Positions 1-10,720 of a stretch of 64,000 nt of DNA are shown here, piece after piece. Every line of letters begins with the position of its first letter. Positions within the stretch are counted from its first letter, which is position 1. The position numbers were made by a program, and so were the translations under genes. This DNA comes from Gammaproteobacteria bacterium (GTDB lineage Bacteria > Pseudomonadota > Gammaproteobacteria > Eutrophobiales > Eutrophobiaceae). The stretch spans positions 333,826 through 397,825 of the forward strand of contig OZ242169.1 in the NCBI GenBank assembly GCA_965205405.1, written 5' to 3'. The notes beneath the pieces are model-generated. The model saw only the letters and a list, made by a program, of their open reading frames with translations. It was not told the origin of the DNA and searched no databases.

Positions 1-251
1 GGCAACATGTCGCGCCGGGTTGATAACTGTTGGCCAAATTTGACGAAAATTGGCCCCAAATCTTCCAGGGCCATGCGCAGCCTGACACCTCTGGGTTCCT
101 CTATGTTCCGGAACCAGTTCCAGGGCAACAGGCGCTGTAACCACCTTGCCGACCGGAACAGGCGCAAGGTGAATACCAGTTCATCCAGACCGTGTTTCAA
201 TAACACGCGTTGAATGGTAAGTAATCTTATAACCTGACCTATTCCTAACAT
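1..251 (-). CDS. ubiB: UbiB (ubiquinone biosynthesis protein kinase-like), N-terminal part; the 3' end runs off the window
   Basis: Minus-strand translation from the ATG at 249-251 gives [32 protein letters not shown]...[20 protein letters not shown], which matches the UbiB N-terminus (…GLDELIP…GPVWIKFGQMLSTRRDLFP). It lies downstream of ubiE and ubiJ as in the conserved operon. Confidence 0.7.
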   Translation of the reverse strand, partial: MLGIGQVIRLLTIQRVLLKHGLDELVFTLRLFRSARWLQRLLPWNWFRNIEEPRGVRLRMALEDLGPIFVKFGQQLSTRRDML

Positions 252-274
252 TTTGCTGATCTGTATATTTTATT

Positions 275-312
275 ATCCGCAGATATTTTTTTATCTGTGT
301 AAATCTGCGGAT
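275..312. repeat. Perfect 10-bp inverted repeat (ATCCGCAGAT / ATCTGCGGAT) with an 18-nt AT-rich loop, spanning the ubiJ stop codon
   Basis: Read directly from the sequence. It lies in the 40-bp ubiJ–ubiB junction. Confidence 0.6.
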
Positions 313-887
313 ATCCTGTGCAGTCGCTGCTTCAGGCGTTCAAGATCATCGCGTAATACATCTACCGAATTATTGAAACGCTCGACTTCATCCCGGTCAG
401 GTAATACTTCCGTTTCGTACAAGGCGTATTCACTCAGATCCATCTGAATTTTATTTTTCAACTGCCGTAAAAAATCAACGCCCGCCCTGGCGATATTGGA
501 TGCTTTCCTTGCCAGGGTATCACCAACCAATCGCGCTGCCTGTTCTTCCCAATCAATCTCAAGCCTGTGCAGCAGACGTTGGAAATCCTGCGCCAGACCC
601 AGGTCTCCCTTTATCTCCATATTTCCCGTCACGGTCGCCCTGCTCTCTCCGGATGAACGCATATAGACCAGCAGGTCAAGTGGCGTGCCCCGGATCAGGA
701 CGTCTCCTGTTCCCGCATAATCCGTATCGACCTGAATGCCGTGTTGTTCAATTTTCAGGCTTACGACGGGCTGTGTCGTATTGATTAATTCTACCTGTAC
801 CACCTTGCCTGACAACCCGGCCAACTCGTCAAGAGTTTCCCGGTCCAGGGACAATAACCGATTAACCAGTCGTTCCAGCGGTTTCAA
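291..887 (-). CDS. ubiJ: UbiJ (SCP2-domain ubiquinone biosynthesis accessory protein)
   Basis: A 198-aa ORF between ubiE and ubiB. It has the conserved position and the SCP2-like composition of YigP/UbiJ. Confidence 0.65.
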   Translation of the reverse strand: MKPLERLVNRLLSLDRETLDELAGLSGKVVQVELINTTQPVVSLKIEQHGIQVDTDYAGTGDVLIRGTPLDLLVYMRSSGESRATVTGNMEIKGDLGLAQDFQRLLHRLEIDWEEQAARLVGDTLARKASNIARAGVDFLRQLKNKIQMDLSEYALYETEVLPDRDEVERFNNSVDVLRDDLERLKQRLHRISADLHR

Positions 888-941
888 AAAGATGCTCCGA
901 AACTACCGGGGATACAATAACCGTGACCAAACCACCAGCGC

Positions 942-1026
942 ATATTTGGGGTCAGAGTAAAAATACTCAAGAATAACCCGACGCTACTTGCCAAGTTGAC
1001 TGTATTTTTACTCTGACCCCAAATAT
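942..1026. mobile_element. MITE-like hairpin element, copy 1 (TIR ATATTTGGGGTCAGAGTAAAAATAC; loop subfamily A)
   Basis: 25-bp terminal inverted repeats around a 35-nt loop, in the ubiJ–ubiE intergenic space. Confidence 0.85.
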
Positions 1027-1053
1027 ACAGTGCTGTCCGGACGCCTCCCTTCC

Positions 1054-1788
1054 TCACAACTTGTACCCCTTGTGCAGGGCGACTATACCGTCGGACAAAT
1101 TCAGGTAGTCAACCCGGGAAAAACCGGCATCCTGCAGCATTGTTTTCAGGGTTTCCTGGTCAGGGTGCATCCTGATCGACTCGACCAGGTATTGATAACT
1201 GTCAGGGTCTTTCACGACCAGTTTTCCCAGGGCGGGGATCGCGTGAAACGAATATTTATCATAAATTTGTCTTAGCAAGTCCGAAGTCACCCGGGAAAAC
1301 TCCAGGATAATAACCGGGCTGCCGTATTTCAGCTTGGCGTGAATGGAGCGCAGCGCTGCCATCTTGTCGGTCATGTTGCGCAACCCGAAGGCAAGGGTGG
1401 CACAATCGAAGCTGTTGTCTGCAAAAGGGAGCTGCTGCGCATCTGCGCGTACGCAGTGTATATCGTTGACGAGTCCCTTATCCACCAGCTTGTCCCTGCC
1501 GCATTTCAACATGGCCTCGTTAATGTCGCACAGGACGACGCCGTAACCTGCCTGTTTCAACAAAGCTGCCAGGTCGCCCGTCCCGGATGCTACATCCAGG
1601 ACTGTTGAACCGGGTCTCAAGCTGGCGAGATGAGTACATAAGCGTTTCCACAACCGGTGAATACCGAAGGACATCAGGTCATTCATCAGGTCATAGCGCA
1701 ATGCAACCGAGCTGAAGACCTCGTCCACCCGCCGGGATTTCTCTTCCGGAGAGACCCTCTGGTAACCAAAATCAACCGGCTGGCTCAT
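1054..1788 (-). CDS. ubiE: Ubiquinone/menaquinone biosynthesis C-methyltransferase UbiE
   Basis: A 244-aa ORF with a SAM-binding motif (LDVASGTGDLA) and a UbiE-like sequence throughout. Confidence 0.9.
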   Translation of the reverse strand: MSQPVDFGYQRVSPEEKSRRVDEVFSSVALRYDLMNDLMSFGIHRLWKRLCTHLASLRPGSTVLDVASGTGDLAALLKQAGYGVVLCDINEAMLKCGRDKLVDKGLVNDIHCVRADAQQLPFADNSFDCATLAFGLRNMTDKMAALRSIHAKLKYGSPVIILEFSRVTSDLLRQIYDKYSFHAIPALGKLVVKDPDSYQYLVESIRMHPDQETLKTMLQDAGFSRVDYLNLSDGIVALHKGYKL

Positions 1789-1792
1789 TGGA

Positions 1793-1895
1793 TTTGCGAG
1801 GTCAGAGTAAAATTATTTGATGGATGGGGGTTATGCATGAATCCCGATTTTGGGGTCAGAGTAAAAATTCTAACGAATTTCTTACTCTGACCCCA
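1793..1895. mobile_element. MITE-like element, copy 2: a degenerate half-copy plus a short full hairpin
   Basis: TIR variants GGTCAGAGTAAAATTAT (1798-) and TTTTGGGGTCAGAGTAAAAAT...TTACTCTGACCCCA (1848-1895). It starts 5 bp from the ubiE start codon and overlaps the stop of the DUF971 gene. Confidence 0.8.
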
Positions 1896-2274
1896 GGTTC
1901 TGTGTGACCTGGCGAGTGTAACCAGCTTTTTCCAGTGCCGCCAGGTATGACTGCCAGTGTCGCTCCCGATTTGCTCCCAGTTGATAAAGATAATCCCAGG
2001 TATAAATGCCGGAAGCATGGCCGTCATCAAAACACAGCTTCAGCGCGTAACTTCCCATAGGCTCAATCGCGTCGATATTCACATTTTCCTTGCCCGTCTG
2101 TAATATCTCCTGACCCGGACCATGCCCGCGTACTTCGGCAGAGGGTGAATAAACCCGTAGCAGCTCACAACTCAAGCTGAAACTTTTCCCGTCTGCGTAC
2201 TCCAGCACTAACTGACGCGACTTTTTCTTCAGGCTGACGGATATCGGCCTAGTGGTGGCTGTTTCTGTAGTCAT
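1882..2274 (-). CDS. DUF971 / gamma-butyrobetaine hydroxylase-like N-terminal domain protein
   Basis: A 130-aa ORF. Its C-terminal ...NLGSE* is encoded by the MITE terminal repeat. Confidence 0.55.
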   Translation of the reverse strand: MTTETATTRPISVSLKKKSRQLVLEYADGKSFSLSCELLRVYSPSAEVRGHGPGQEILQTGKENVNIDAIEPMGSYALKLCFDDGHASGIYTWDYLYQLGANRERHWQSYLAALEKAGYTRQVTQNLGSE

Positions 2275-2291
2275 TCAGGTAACAAGCTACC

Positions 2292-2376
2292 ATATTTGGG
2301 GTCAGAGTAAAAACTCATATACGGTCTATAAGGAATCAGCAAAATCTGAAATGAGTTTTTACTCTGACCCCAAATA
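2292..2376. mobile_element. MITE-like element, copy 3 (extended stem ...AAAAACTCAT/ATGAGTTTTT)
   Basis: It exactly fills the gap between DUF971 (start 2274) and hslU (stop 2379). Confidence 0.85.
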
Positions 2377-2378
2377 TA

Positions 2379-3698
2379 TTAAAGGATATATCTGGTTAAA
2401 TCCTCATCCTTGATCAGGTCATCCAGGTGCTCGGCAACGTATTGAGCATCGATATTGACAGACTTTTTCCCCTGGTCGGGGGCGTCAAAGGATAAGGTTT
2501 CAAGCAGACGTTCCATGACCGTGTGCAACCGACGGGCGCCGATATTTTCGGTGGACTCATTGACCTGCCAGGCTATTTCGGCAATGCGCGCTATACCGTC
2601 TTCGGAAAATGATAACTCCACCTGTTCGGTTTGCATAAGCGCTGAATATTGCTGTGTCAACGAAGCATCCGGCTCGACCAGGATGCGGCTGAACTCAGCC
2701 ACACCCAGGGCATCGAGTTCCACCCGGATCGGCAGCCGCCCCTGCAGTTCGGGTATCAGGTCGGAAGGTTTGGAAAAATGAAACGCACCGGAGGCAATAA
2801 ACAGGATGTGGTCTGTTTTCACCATACCGTAGCGGGTGGTCACCGTGGAGCCTTCCACCAGCGGTAGTAAATCACGTTGTACACCTTCCCTGGAAACGTC
2901 TGCGCCGCTGACCTCGGCGCGGCGTGTGACCTTGTCAATCTCATCCAGAAAAACCAGGCCGTTCTGTTCCATGTTCTCCAATGCCCTGAGCTTTATCTCA
3001 TCCTCATTCACCAGTTTCGCGGCTTCTTCCTCGGCAAGGATCTTGAGCGCCTCCTTGATCCTCAGTTTTCTAGTGCGTTTTTTCTCGCTGCCCATACTCT
3101 GAAACATGCCCTGCAACTGACTGGTCATCTCTTCCATTCCCGGCGGCGCCATGATCTCGACACCGATCGCAGGCATATTCACCTCCACCTCGATTTCCTT
3201 GTCATTCAACTCGCCGGTTTTCAGCATTTCTCGGAACTTTTCCCTGGTTGAACTGGTTTGTTCTTCTTCGGGGCCCGATCTGGGACTCGGCAACATGATT
3301 TCCAGCACCCGGTTTTCCGCGGCCAGTTCAGCCCGGTCCCGAACTTTTTCAAGCTCTTCTTCACGGGTCATCTTCACCGCGACGTCCGCCAGGTCACGTA
3401 CGATGGATTCGACGTCTCTGCCAACGTAGCCCACTTCGGTAAACTTCGTTGCCTCAATCTTGATAAACGGGGCATTCGCCAGCCTGGCCAGACGCCTCGC
3501 TATTTCCGTCTTTCCTACGCCGGTGGGGCCGATCATCAGGATGTTCTTGGGCGTAATTTCATTTCTTAATTCTTCGTTGAGTTGGGAGCGTCGCCAGCGG
3601 TTGCGTAACGCGATCGCAACCGCGCGTTTAGCCGCGTCCTGGCCGATGATGTGTTTATCCAGTTCGGCAACGATCTGTTTCGGTGTCAGTTCTTCCAT
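2379..3698 (-). CDS. hslU: ATP-dependent protease ATPase subunit HslU
   Basis: A 439-aa ORF with a Walker A motif (GPTGVGKT) and a ClpY-family sequence. Confidence 0.95.
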   Translation of the reverse strand: MEELTPKQIVAELDKHIIGQDAAKRAVAIALRNRWRRSQLNEELRNEITPKNILMIGPTGVGKTEIARRLARLANAPFIKIEATKFTEVGYVGRDVESIVRDLADVAVKMTREEELEKVRDRAELAAENRVLEIMLPSPRSGPEEEQTSSTREKFREMLKTGELNDKEIEVEVNMPAIGVEIMAPPGMEEMTSQLQGMFQSMGSEKKRTRKLRIKEALKILAEEEAAKLVNEDEIKLRALENMEQNGLVFLDEIDKVTRRAEVSGADVSREGVQRDLLPLVEGSTVTTRYGMVKTDHILFIASGAFHFSKPSDLIPELQGRLPIRVELDALGVAEFSRILVEPDASLTQQYSALMQTEQVELSFSEDGIARIAEIAWQVNESTENIGARRLHTVMERLLETLSFDAPDQGKKSVNIDAQYVAEHLDDLIKDEDLTRYIL

Positions 3699-4252
3699 TA
3701 TTTTGTTGCTCCTGCAGCGGGCAGTTCCTCAATCGTGATATTCCGGTTCGTATAAACGCAGATGTCTGCGGCAATGGCCAGAGCCTTCTCAACAATTTCG
3801 CGCGCATCCAGTTCAGTGTTTTCCATCAGCGCCAGCGCAGCGGCCTTGGCATAAGCCCCTCCGGAACCGATAGCCATGATTCCGGTTTCAGGTTCTATCA
3901 CGTCGCCATTCCCGGAAATAAGAAGCGAATTGGACTTGTCCACGACACACAGCATGGCCTCCAGGCGCCTCAACATCCTGTCCGTACGCCAGTCTTTGGC
4001 CAGTTCAACCGCCGAGCGGACCAGGTGCCCCTGGTATGATTCCAGTTTTGCCTCGAAGCGTTCAAACAGTGTAAACGCATCCGCAGTCCCACCGGCAAAT
4101 CCTGCCAGTACCTGCTCGCGGTAAAGTTTCCTGATTTTGCTGGCATTGCCCTTCATTACGGTATTGCCAAGCGATACCTGGCCATCTCCACCAACTACCA
4201 CTTTATCACCCCGTCGTACTGACAGGATCGTTGTTCCTCTGAATTGCTCCAA
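3698..4252 (-). CDS. hslV: ATP-dependent protease subunit HslV
   Basis: [10 protein letters not shown]...GDGQVSLG matches the HslV N-terminus and it overlaps hslU by 1 nt. The catalytic Thr is preceded by a 6-aa extension (MEQFRG). Confidence 0.9.
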   Translation of the reverse strand: MEQFRGTTILSVRRGDKVVVGGDGQVSLGNTVMKGNASKIRKLYREQVLAGFAGGTADAFTLFERFEAKLESYQGHLVRSAVELAKDWRTDRMLRRLEAMLCVVDKSNSLLISGNGDVIEPETGIMAIGSGGAYAKAAALALMENTELDAREIVEKALAIAADICVYTNRNITIEELPAAGATK

Positions 4253-4296
4253 TCACTTTCTCCAGGTTAAACGCATTTTATCAGAAAGTAACAACC

Positions 4297-4400
4297 CTGT
4301 CGTAATGCTGAGAACTGCGCAGGAGCTCCCGCTAATTTTGCTGAAAGAGGGTTTGGGGGCTGTTTTTCCGTTCCAACCCTGTCTGTAATGCTGAGAACTG
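4297..4400. promoter_or_regulatory. Two roughly 26-bp direct repeats (AACCCTGTC(T)GTAATGCTGAGAACTG) upstream of hslVU
   Basis: The copies sit at about 4297-4322 and 4374-4400 in the hslV 5' region. Their function is unknown. Confidence 0.35.
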
Positions 4401-4425
4401 TGACAGATTTGAATTCGTCGTTTTT

Positions 4426-5511
4426 TTAAAGTGCCCTGAAAATACTGTCAGCCGCTCTCTCCAGGCTTTCCCGGATGGAGAAAATGCTGTTCCCTGTCAC
4501 CATGGCGGTCGTTATCGGATGGCCTTGTTTTATTTCCGTGCCTTGTGCCGGGATGTCTGCGATGGAAAATCCATCCGTTTTACACCCTTCAAAGATTAAA
4601 TCCTTCGGCGCAAATAAAATAGCCTTGCCAATTAAATGGCGGGGCACTCGTTCCTCAATGTTGACAGGCCGATTTCTACAGGCGTGACAATGGAATTTAA
4701 CGGCATGGATGCCGAGGGCCAGTTCCAGCACCTCGACCGATGCGGTGTACCTGGGGTTGACCTCAACGGGATATATTTTATCCCCCTGTTTGATTGCATC
4801 GATACCGAATAATCCCCTCAATCCGAATTCCTCGGTAACAACCGTTCCAATCCTGTTCCATTGTCTGGTGTCGGTATCGTTCAAATCTATCGGACCGATA
4901 CTGCCGCAATAACCGAACTCTCTTGCATGGAACGCCGGCTCACCAACTAATTGTCGCGTCACTCCCAATAATCGGCAGCCACCCCGGCCGCCGATAAAGA
5001 CTGCCGAAAAGCTCTCGCCCGGCAGATACTGCTGCAGGTAATAACCTGTATTAACGGTTCGACCTCCATGGAATCCAATGCCGATACCGCCGCCACTCAT
5101 TATGGGTTTAACCAGCCAATCATGGGGGGTCGCTATGCCTCCGGCGCCAGTCCGTATATCCGGGCAGGGTATCCGGTTCCGTTGAAACAGCTCGTATAAT
5201 CCGAACGGATCCCGAGTCCTGAGGCAAACCGGTTTTATATTGCCCAGTAACGTCCGTTGAACGCATAACTCTTCCAGAACGCCCGGATGGTTTTCCAGCG
5301 CTCCGGTAAAGATGAAGGGCGCATCGGGCGCCTTGGCGATCAGTGCAACGACTTCCTTCGGATAGTCGGATATTATTTCCCCCCGGAAACGTTGGCGCAG
5401 GTCTTCATCCCCGAACTGATCCAGCCAATACGGCGTATATCCGGCCCGATACGCAGAGAAGGCCGCCGCCCTGGCGCTGGCGCCGACGATGATTAGTGGT
5501 TTAACCTTCAT
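4426..5511 (-). CDS. ATP-grasp superfamily protein (pre-ATP-grasp plus ATP-grasp fold)
   Basis: A 361-aa ORF with Gly-rich ATP-grasp loops. It is divergent from the RimK-like gene. Confidence 0.55.
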   Translation of the reverse strand: MKVKPLIIVGASARAAAFSAYRAGYTPYWLDQFGDEDLRQRFRGEIISDYPKEVVALIAKAPDAPFIFTGALENHPGVLEELCVQRTLLGNIKPVCLRTRDPFGLYELFQRNRIPCPDIRTGAGGIATPHDWLVKPIMSGGGIGIGFHGGRTVNTGYYLQQYLPGESFSAVFIGGRGGCRLLGVTRQLVGEPAFHAREFGYCGSIGPIDLNDTDTRQWNRIGTVVTEEFGLRGLFGIDAIKQGDKIYPVEVNPRYTASVEVLELALGIHAVKFHCHACRNRPVNIEERVPRHLIGKAILFAPKDLIFEGCKTDGFSIADIPAQGTEIKQGHPITTAMVTGNSIFSIRESLERAADSIFRAL

Positions 5512-5534
5512 GAGTTATCATTATAATGAGAGAA

Positions 5535-5616
5535 CTTGGGGTCAGTGTAAAAACCCATTATCAGAATTTGAGAAACTTATAATCAGAATAAAACCGGGTT
5601 TTTACACTGACCCCAA
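5535..5616. mobile_element. MITE-like element, copy 4 (GTCAGTGTAAAAA variant TIR)
   Basis: It lies in the divergent intergenic region between the two ATP-grasp genes. Confidence 0.75.
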
Positions 5617-6506
5617 CATATTTATGAAAAACATCGTAATCTTCTCCGAAAATGACGGCTGGCACGAGCAGCGACTGGCCGGCGCATTCAACCGGTATGG
5701 AGTACGGACACAGGTCGTCTCTTTAAGGGATTGCCATATTGGTTTTGAACAAAGCCTGACGGGGCTGCACATCCCCGGTTTTCCCGATACTCTGCCGGAT
5801 GCCGTTTTTGTACGGGCCGTTGCCGCGGGAAGTTTTGAAGAAGTGACGTTCAGGTTGGATATCCTGCACGCATTGAAACATTCCGGCGTCGTTGTTTATA
5901 ACGACGCCGTCAGTATCGAACGCACCGTGGACAAAGGCATGACCAGTTTCCTGCTGATTAAACATCAGGTTCCGACACCGCCAGTCTGGGCCTGTGAAAC
6001 TGCTGAAGCTGCCCACGAAGTCATCCATACACAACTGCAAAAAGGGCACTCTATCGTACAAAAACCCCTGTTCGGCAACTGCGGGCGGGGCCTGCAACTG
6101 ATCGAGTCTGAGGATTATCAACTGGACGCGGACCTGATCAACGGCGTGTATTACCTGCAACGATTCATCGACCAGGACGATCACAATGGTCGTGACTGGC
6201 GGGTTTTTGTCATCAACCACCGGGCGGTCGCGGCGATGGAACGTATCTCCGATCACTGGGTAACCAACCGCGCGCGTGGTGGCAAATGCCTGCCGGCTGT
6301 TCTCATGCCGGCATTGCGGCAACTGGCCGAAGCTGCTTCCAAGGCAACCGGCATCCTGTATGGCGGCGTTGATATTATCCGTGATTCACAGGGCGATTTC
6401 CTGGTGCTGGAAGTCAACAGCGTCCCGGCATGGCGGGGGCTGCAATCCGTTTGCTCAATCGATATCCCCGACCTGTTGGTTAAGGACATCCTTTACCGCC
6501 AGTTTA

Positions 6507-7442
<936 letters not shown>

Positions 7443-7448
7443 CGATAT

Positions 7449-7530
7449 GCCGGGGCAGGCTTTGTGACTGGATACCGGACAATCCCTGTCCGGTATGACA
7501 ATAGGGCTTGATGACGGCAGGGCCTGCCTT
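7449..7530. repeat. REP-like palindromic element, copy A (core GTGACTGGATACCGGACAATCCCTGTCCGGTATGACA inside an outer GCAGGC/GCCTGC pair)
   Basis: It lies between convergent genes (MTase and RND pump). A second copy at 50305-50345 differs by compensatory stem changes. Confidence 0.7.
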
Positions 7531-7537
7531 GGAAACG

Positions 7538-10500
7538 TTAATCAGGCAATACTTCTGCGGTGACTGCTCCGTCCGGGTATCCGGTCAGCAGCTTGCGCAG
7601 GTCGAACACCAGGCTCAGCATGGCGGGGACGATGAACAGGGTAAACACGGTGGAAACCAGCAGGCCGCCGACTACTACGCCGCCTATGCCCCGGTATAAC
7701 TCCGAACCGGCCCCCGGGGCGAGGATCAGGGGCAACATGGCAAAGGTTGAGGTGCCGGCGCTCATGAATATGGGTCTGATCCGATTTCGTACCGCTTCCC
7801 GGATCGCCTCGTGGGATTCCATCCCCGCTTTCCTGATATGGTTCAGGGACTGGTGCACGATCAATATGGGATTATTGACTACCGTACCCAGGAGGATGAT
7901 GAATCCAAGCATCGTCAATACGTCCAGGGGTTGATAGGCAATGGTCGCATTGACCAGGGCCAGGCCGATAAGTCCTCCCAGTATCGCCAGGGGTACGCTG
8001 AACATGATGACAAAAGGATATAGAAAACTCTCAAACAGGGCGGACATCAGCAGGAATGTGATGATGACCGCCAACACCAGGTTCCATTTCAGCGCGTCAC
8101 CCGCCGCCACCAGTTTATCGGCGCTGCCAGCCAATTCGGCGTTGTAGACACCACCGAAGTCCCCTCTTTCCTTCATGGGGCCGATGATCTCATTCTGTAT
8201 GATCTCCATTGCCGTTTCAGTGGGCATTTTCTCGGTGGGCAATACCCGGATAGTGATGGTCCGTTCCCTTTCCCGGTGGTTGATCTGTACCGGGCCGTAG
8301 GTGAGTGACACGTCAGCGATGGCGCCAAGCGTCACGAGACGGCCATCCGGCGTGGCGATGGGCATCTGTTCCAGCGTGTGGGTGCTGTGGATATAGCTGT
8401 CTTCAGCTTTCAGCCGGATATCGATTTCCTTGCCCTCATACTGGTAATCACTGACCTTGGCGCCATCCACCAGGGCATTCACCGTAAAGCCCAGGTCGCG
8501 ATTGCTTATGTCAAGTTGCGCGGCCCGGCGCCGGTCCGTAACCACCTGAAGCTCAGGGTTTCCCAGGTCCAGGCCGGGGATGGGAAAAGTCTGGGCGCCG
8601 GGTAATACAGCAAAGGACTTTTGAAAGACCTCCCCCCCCAGGGCAATCAGTCTTTCCAGTTCCGGCCCTTTTATTTCAACATCAATACTGCGGCCTTCAC
8701 CACTTTCTTCTTCAAAGATCCCCCATAGTTGCAGGATGGGGATAGCGCCGGGGACGCTGGACATGGCCTCGTGAAAGATCGGGTACAATTCTTTCGTCCG
8801 GCGCGGGTCGTTGGAGGTCACCCCCATAAAGATTACGCCACCCTCGAAACCATAGAAGAAAACATGCAGTCCGCCGCCGGGTAAAGCTTCCGCCTCGGGC
8901 GACCCGGCTGGATGTTCCATCAGGTCTTCCAATGCCCCGGAGAACACGCCGTGGATCCCGACCCGTTCCTCCACCGTATAGCCCGGCGGCGGCAGCAGCA
9001 GGCCAAACAGAAAATCGGTATCACCCGCGGGCAGGTACTCCGTCTCGGGTTTGATGACCAGGCTGATAATTACGGCCAGGGTAACGCACACACCCACAAC
9101 AAGCAGACGGCGCAGGACCGTAACATTGATCCAGTGGGATAATGAGGCAATCCGGTCCCTGACCGCCGAGGCCAGACGTACGCCCCCCCAGAGAGAGCGA
9201 AATCCGCCGGCGCTTGGGGTCTCTCCCGCTACGTTGAGGAGACGCGCCGACAGGGTAGGAATCACCGTTATGGCGATAATCAGGCTCAGGCCTACCGCGC
9301 AACTGATGGCAACCGCGATATCAGCCAGCAATTTTCCTATGTCTTCTTCTATCAACACCACAGGGGCAAATACGGCAATAGTTGTCAGGGTACTGGCCAG
9401 GACTGCCCCCCATACCTCAACAGCGCCGCTATACGCCGCGCTGAAAAAAGGTTGCCCGGCCTGCCGATGCCGGTAGATGTTCTCCAGGACCACGATGGAA
9501 TTATCCACCACCATACCGGTTGCAAACGCCATACCGGCCAGACTGATGACGTTGATGCTCCGACCGAACAGGGCCATCATCAAAAACGTCCCGACAATGC
9601 TGATGGGGATTGCGAGAGCGAGGATCAGCGTACTGCTGACGCTGCGTAAAAATATCAGCAATACGATAATCGCAAGAGTACCGCCGATTAACAGGTTATT
9701 GCGCACCAGTCCTATGGCGCTGTTGATGTAGCCGGTCTGGTCCCAGGCATGCACCAGTTGCAAACCGCGGGGACCCAGTACTTCCCGGTTGAGCTTTTCC
9801 TGCTTCTTCCTTACCTCGTCCATTATGTCCAGTTCATTCGCACCCGTCTGGCGCTGAATGTTCAGTGCGATACTTCTATTATACAGACTGAATATCGCTC
9901 CCGTTGGCTTCTTGTGGGTCAACTCGACCCGAGCTACATCCCGCAGGTAGATCGGCACGTTGTTGCGATTGGCAATGACGATGTTTTCCAGGTCTTGCGG
10001 GGATTGATATTCGCCCACGGTACGCACGATATAACGTCGCTTGCCTTCGTCAAAGTCGCCGCCGCTGTAATTCCGGTTTTCCCGTTCTATAGCGTCGGCA
10101 AGCTGCGTCAACGTCACCCGACGCAATGCCAGCTTTGCCGGGTCGACAATGACGTGGATCTCTGCTTCGCGACCGCCGTAGGTGTTGGCTGATGAGACGC
10201 CCTCCACCCGCTCCAGTTCGGGTATGACGTAATCATCGAGAAGATCATGCAAGGTGGATATATCGCCCTCGAAGCCGTTTTCCTCGGTGGGATCCAGGTG
10301 GAACCAGGCTATCGCTCCCGAGACACCGGACTGACCCGAAATCACCGGCTTCTCAACGTTGGTGGGATAGGACTCCACCTGGTCCAGGCGGTTCGATACC
10401 TTGAGCCTGGCGGCATCCTTATCGGTACCCGTCTGAAACCGCAGCGTGATCACACCGCTGCCATCCTGGCTTTCGCTACGCATTTGCACCAGTCCTTCCA

Positions 10501-10720
10501 GGGACTTCAGTTCTTCTTCCTGTTCATCGATAATGTCCCGCTCAATCTCCAGGGGACTGGCGCCGGGCCAGTAGGTCGTTACTGTAATTTCCGGCTTATC
10601 CACGTCAGGCGTCAACTGTACGGGTAACCGCAGAAACGAAATTATCCCGAACAAAAGCAGCAGGATAACACCCACTGCGGTCGAAACGGGATAACGGATA
10701 CAGAATCTAATCAGGTTCAT
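7538..10720 (-). CDS. RND family efflux transporter permease (AcrB/HAE1-like)
   Basis: A 1060-aa, 12-TMS RND-type sequence. Confidence 0.9.
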   Translation of the reverse strand: MNLIRFCIRYPVSTAVGVILLLLFGIISFLRLPVQLTPDVDKPEITVTTYWPGASPLEIERDIIDEQEEELKSLEGLVQMRSESQDGSGVITLRFQTGTDKDAARLKVSNRLDQVESYPTNVEKPVISGQSGVSGAIAWFHLDPTEENGFEGDISTLHDLLDDYVIPELERVEGVSSANTYGGREAEIHVIVDPAKLALRRVTLTQLADAIERENRNYSGGDFDEGKRRYIVRTVGEYQSPQDLENIVIANRNNVPIYLRDVARVELTHKKPTGAIFSLYNRSIALNIQRQTGANELDIMDEVRKKQEKLNREVLGPRGLQLVHAWDQTGYINSAIGLVRNNLLIGGTLAIIVLLIFLRSVSSTLILALAIPISIVGTFLMMALFGRSINVISLAGMAFATGMVVDNSIVVLENIYRHRQAGQPFFSAAYSGAVEVWGAVLASTLTTIAVFAPVVLIEEDIGKLLADIAVAISCAVGLSLIIAITVIPTLSARLLNVAGETPSAGGFRSLWGGVRLASAVRDRIASLSHWINVTVLRRLLVVGVCVTLAVIISLVIKPETEYLPAGDTDFLFGLLLPPPGYTVEERVGIHGVFSGALEDLMEHPAGSPEAEALPGGGLHVFFYGFEGGVIFMGVTSNDPRRTKELYPIFHEAMSSVPGAIPILQLWGIFEEESGEGRSIDVEIKGPELERLIALGGEVFQKSFAVLPGAQTFPIPGLDLGNPELQVVTDRRRAAQLDISNRDLGFTVNALVDGAKVSDYQYEGKEIDIRLKAEDSYIHSTHTLEQMPIATPDGRLVTLGAIADVSLTYGPVQINHRERERTITIRVLPTEKMPTETAMEIIQNEIIGPMKERGDFGGVYNAELAGSADKLVAAGDALKWNLVLAVIITFLLMSALFESFLYPFVIMFSVPLAILGGLIGLALVNATIAYQPLDVLTMLGFIILLGTVVNNPILIVHQSLNHIRKAGMESHEAIREAVRNRIRPIFMSAGTSTFAMLPLILAPGAGSELYRGIGGVVVGGLLVSTVFTLFIVPAMLSLVFDLRKLLTGYPDGAVTAEVLPD

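Noticed and set aside
7-213. A plus-strand 68-aa ORF at the window start
   Set aside because: It is antisense to the clearly recognisable ubiB N-terminus on the minus strand.
5489-5623. The ORF-track start at 5489 for the RimK-like ligase, overlapping the divergent ATP-grasp gene
   Set aside because: The first 45 codons are MITE copy 4 read in frame. The conserved N-terminus starts at the ATG at 5624.
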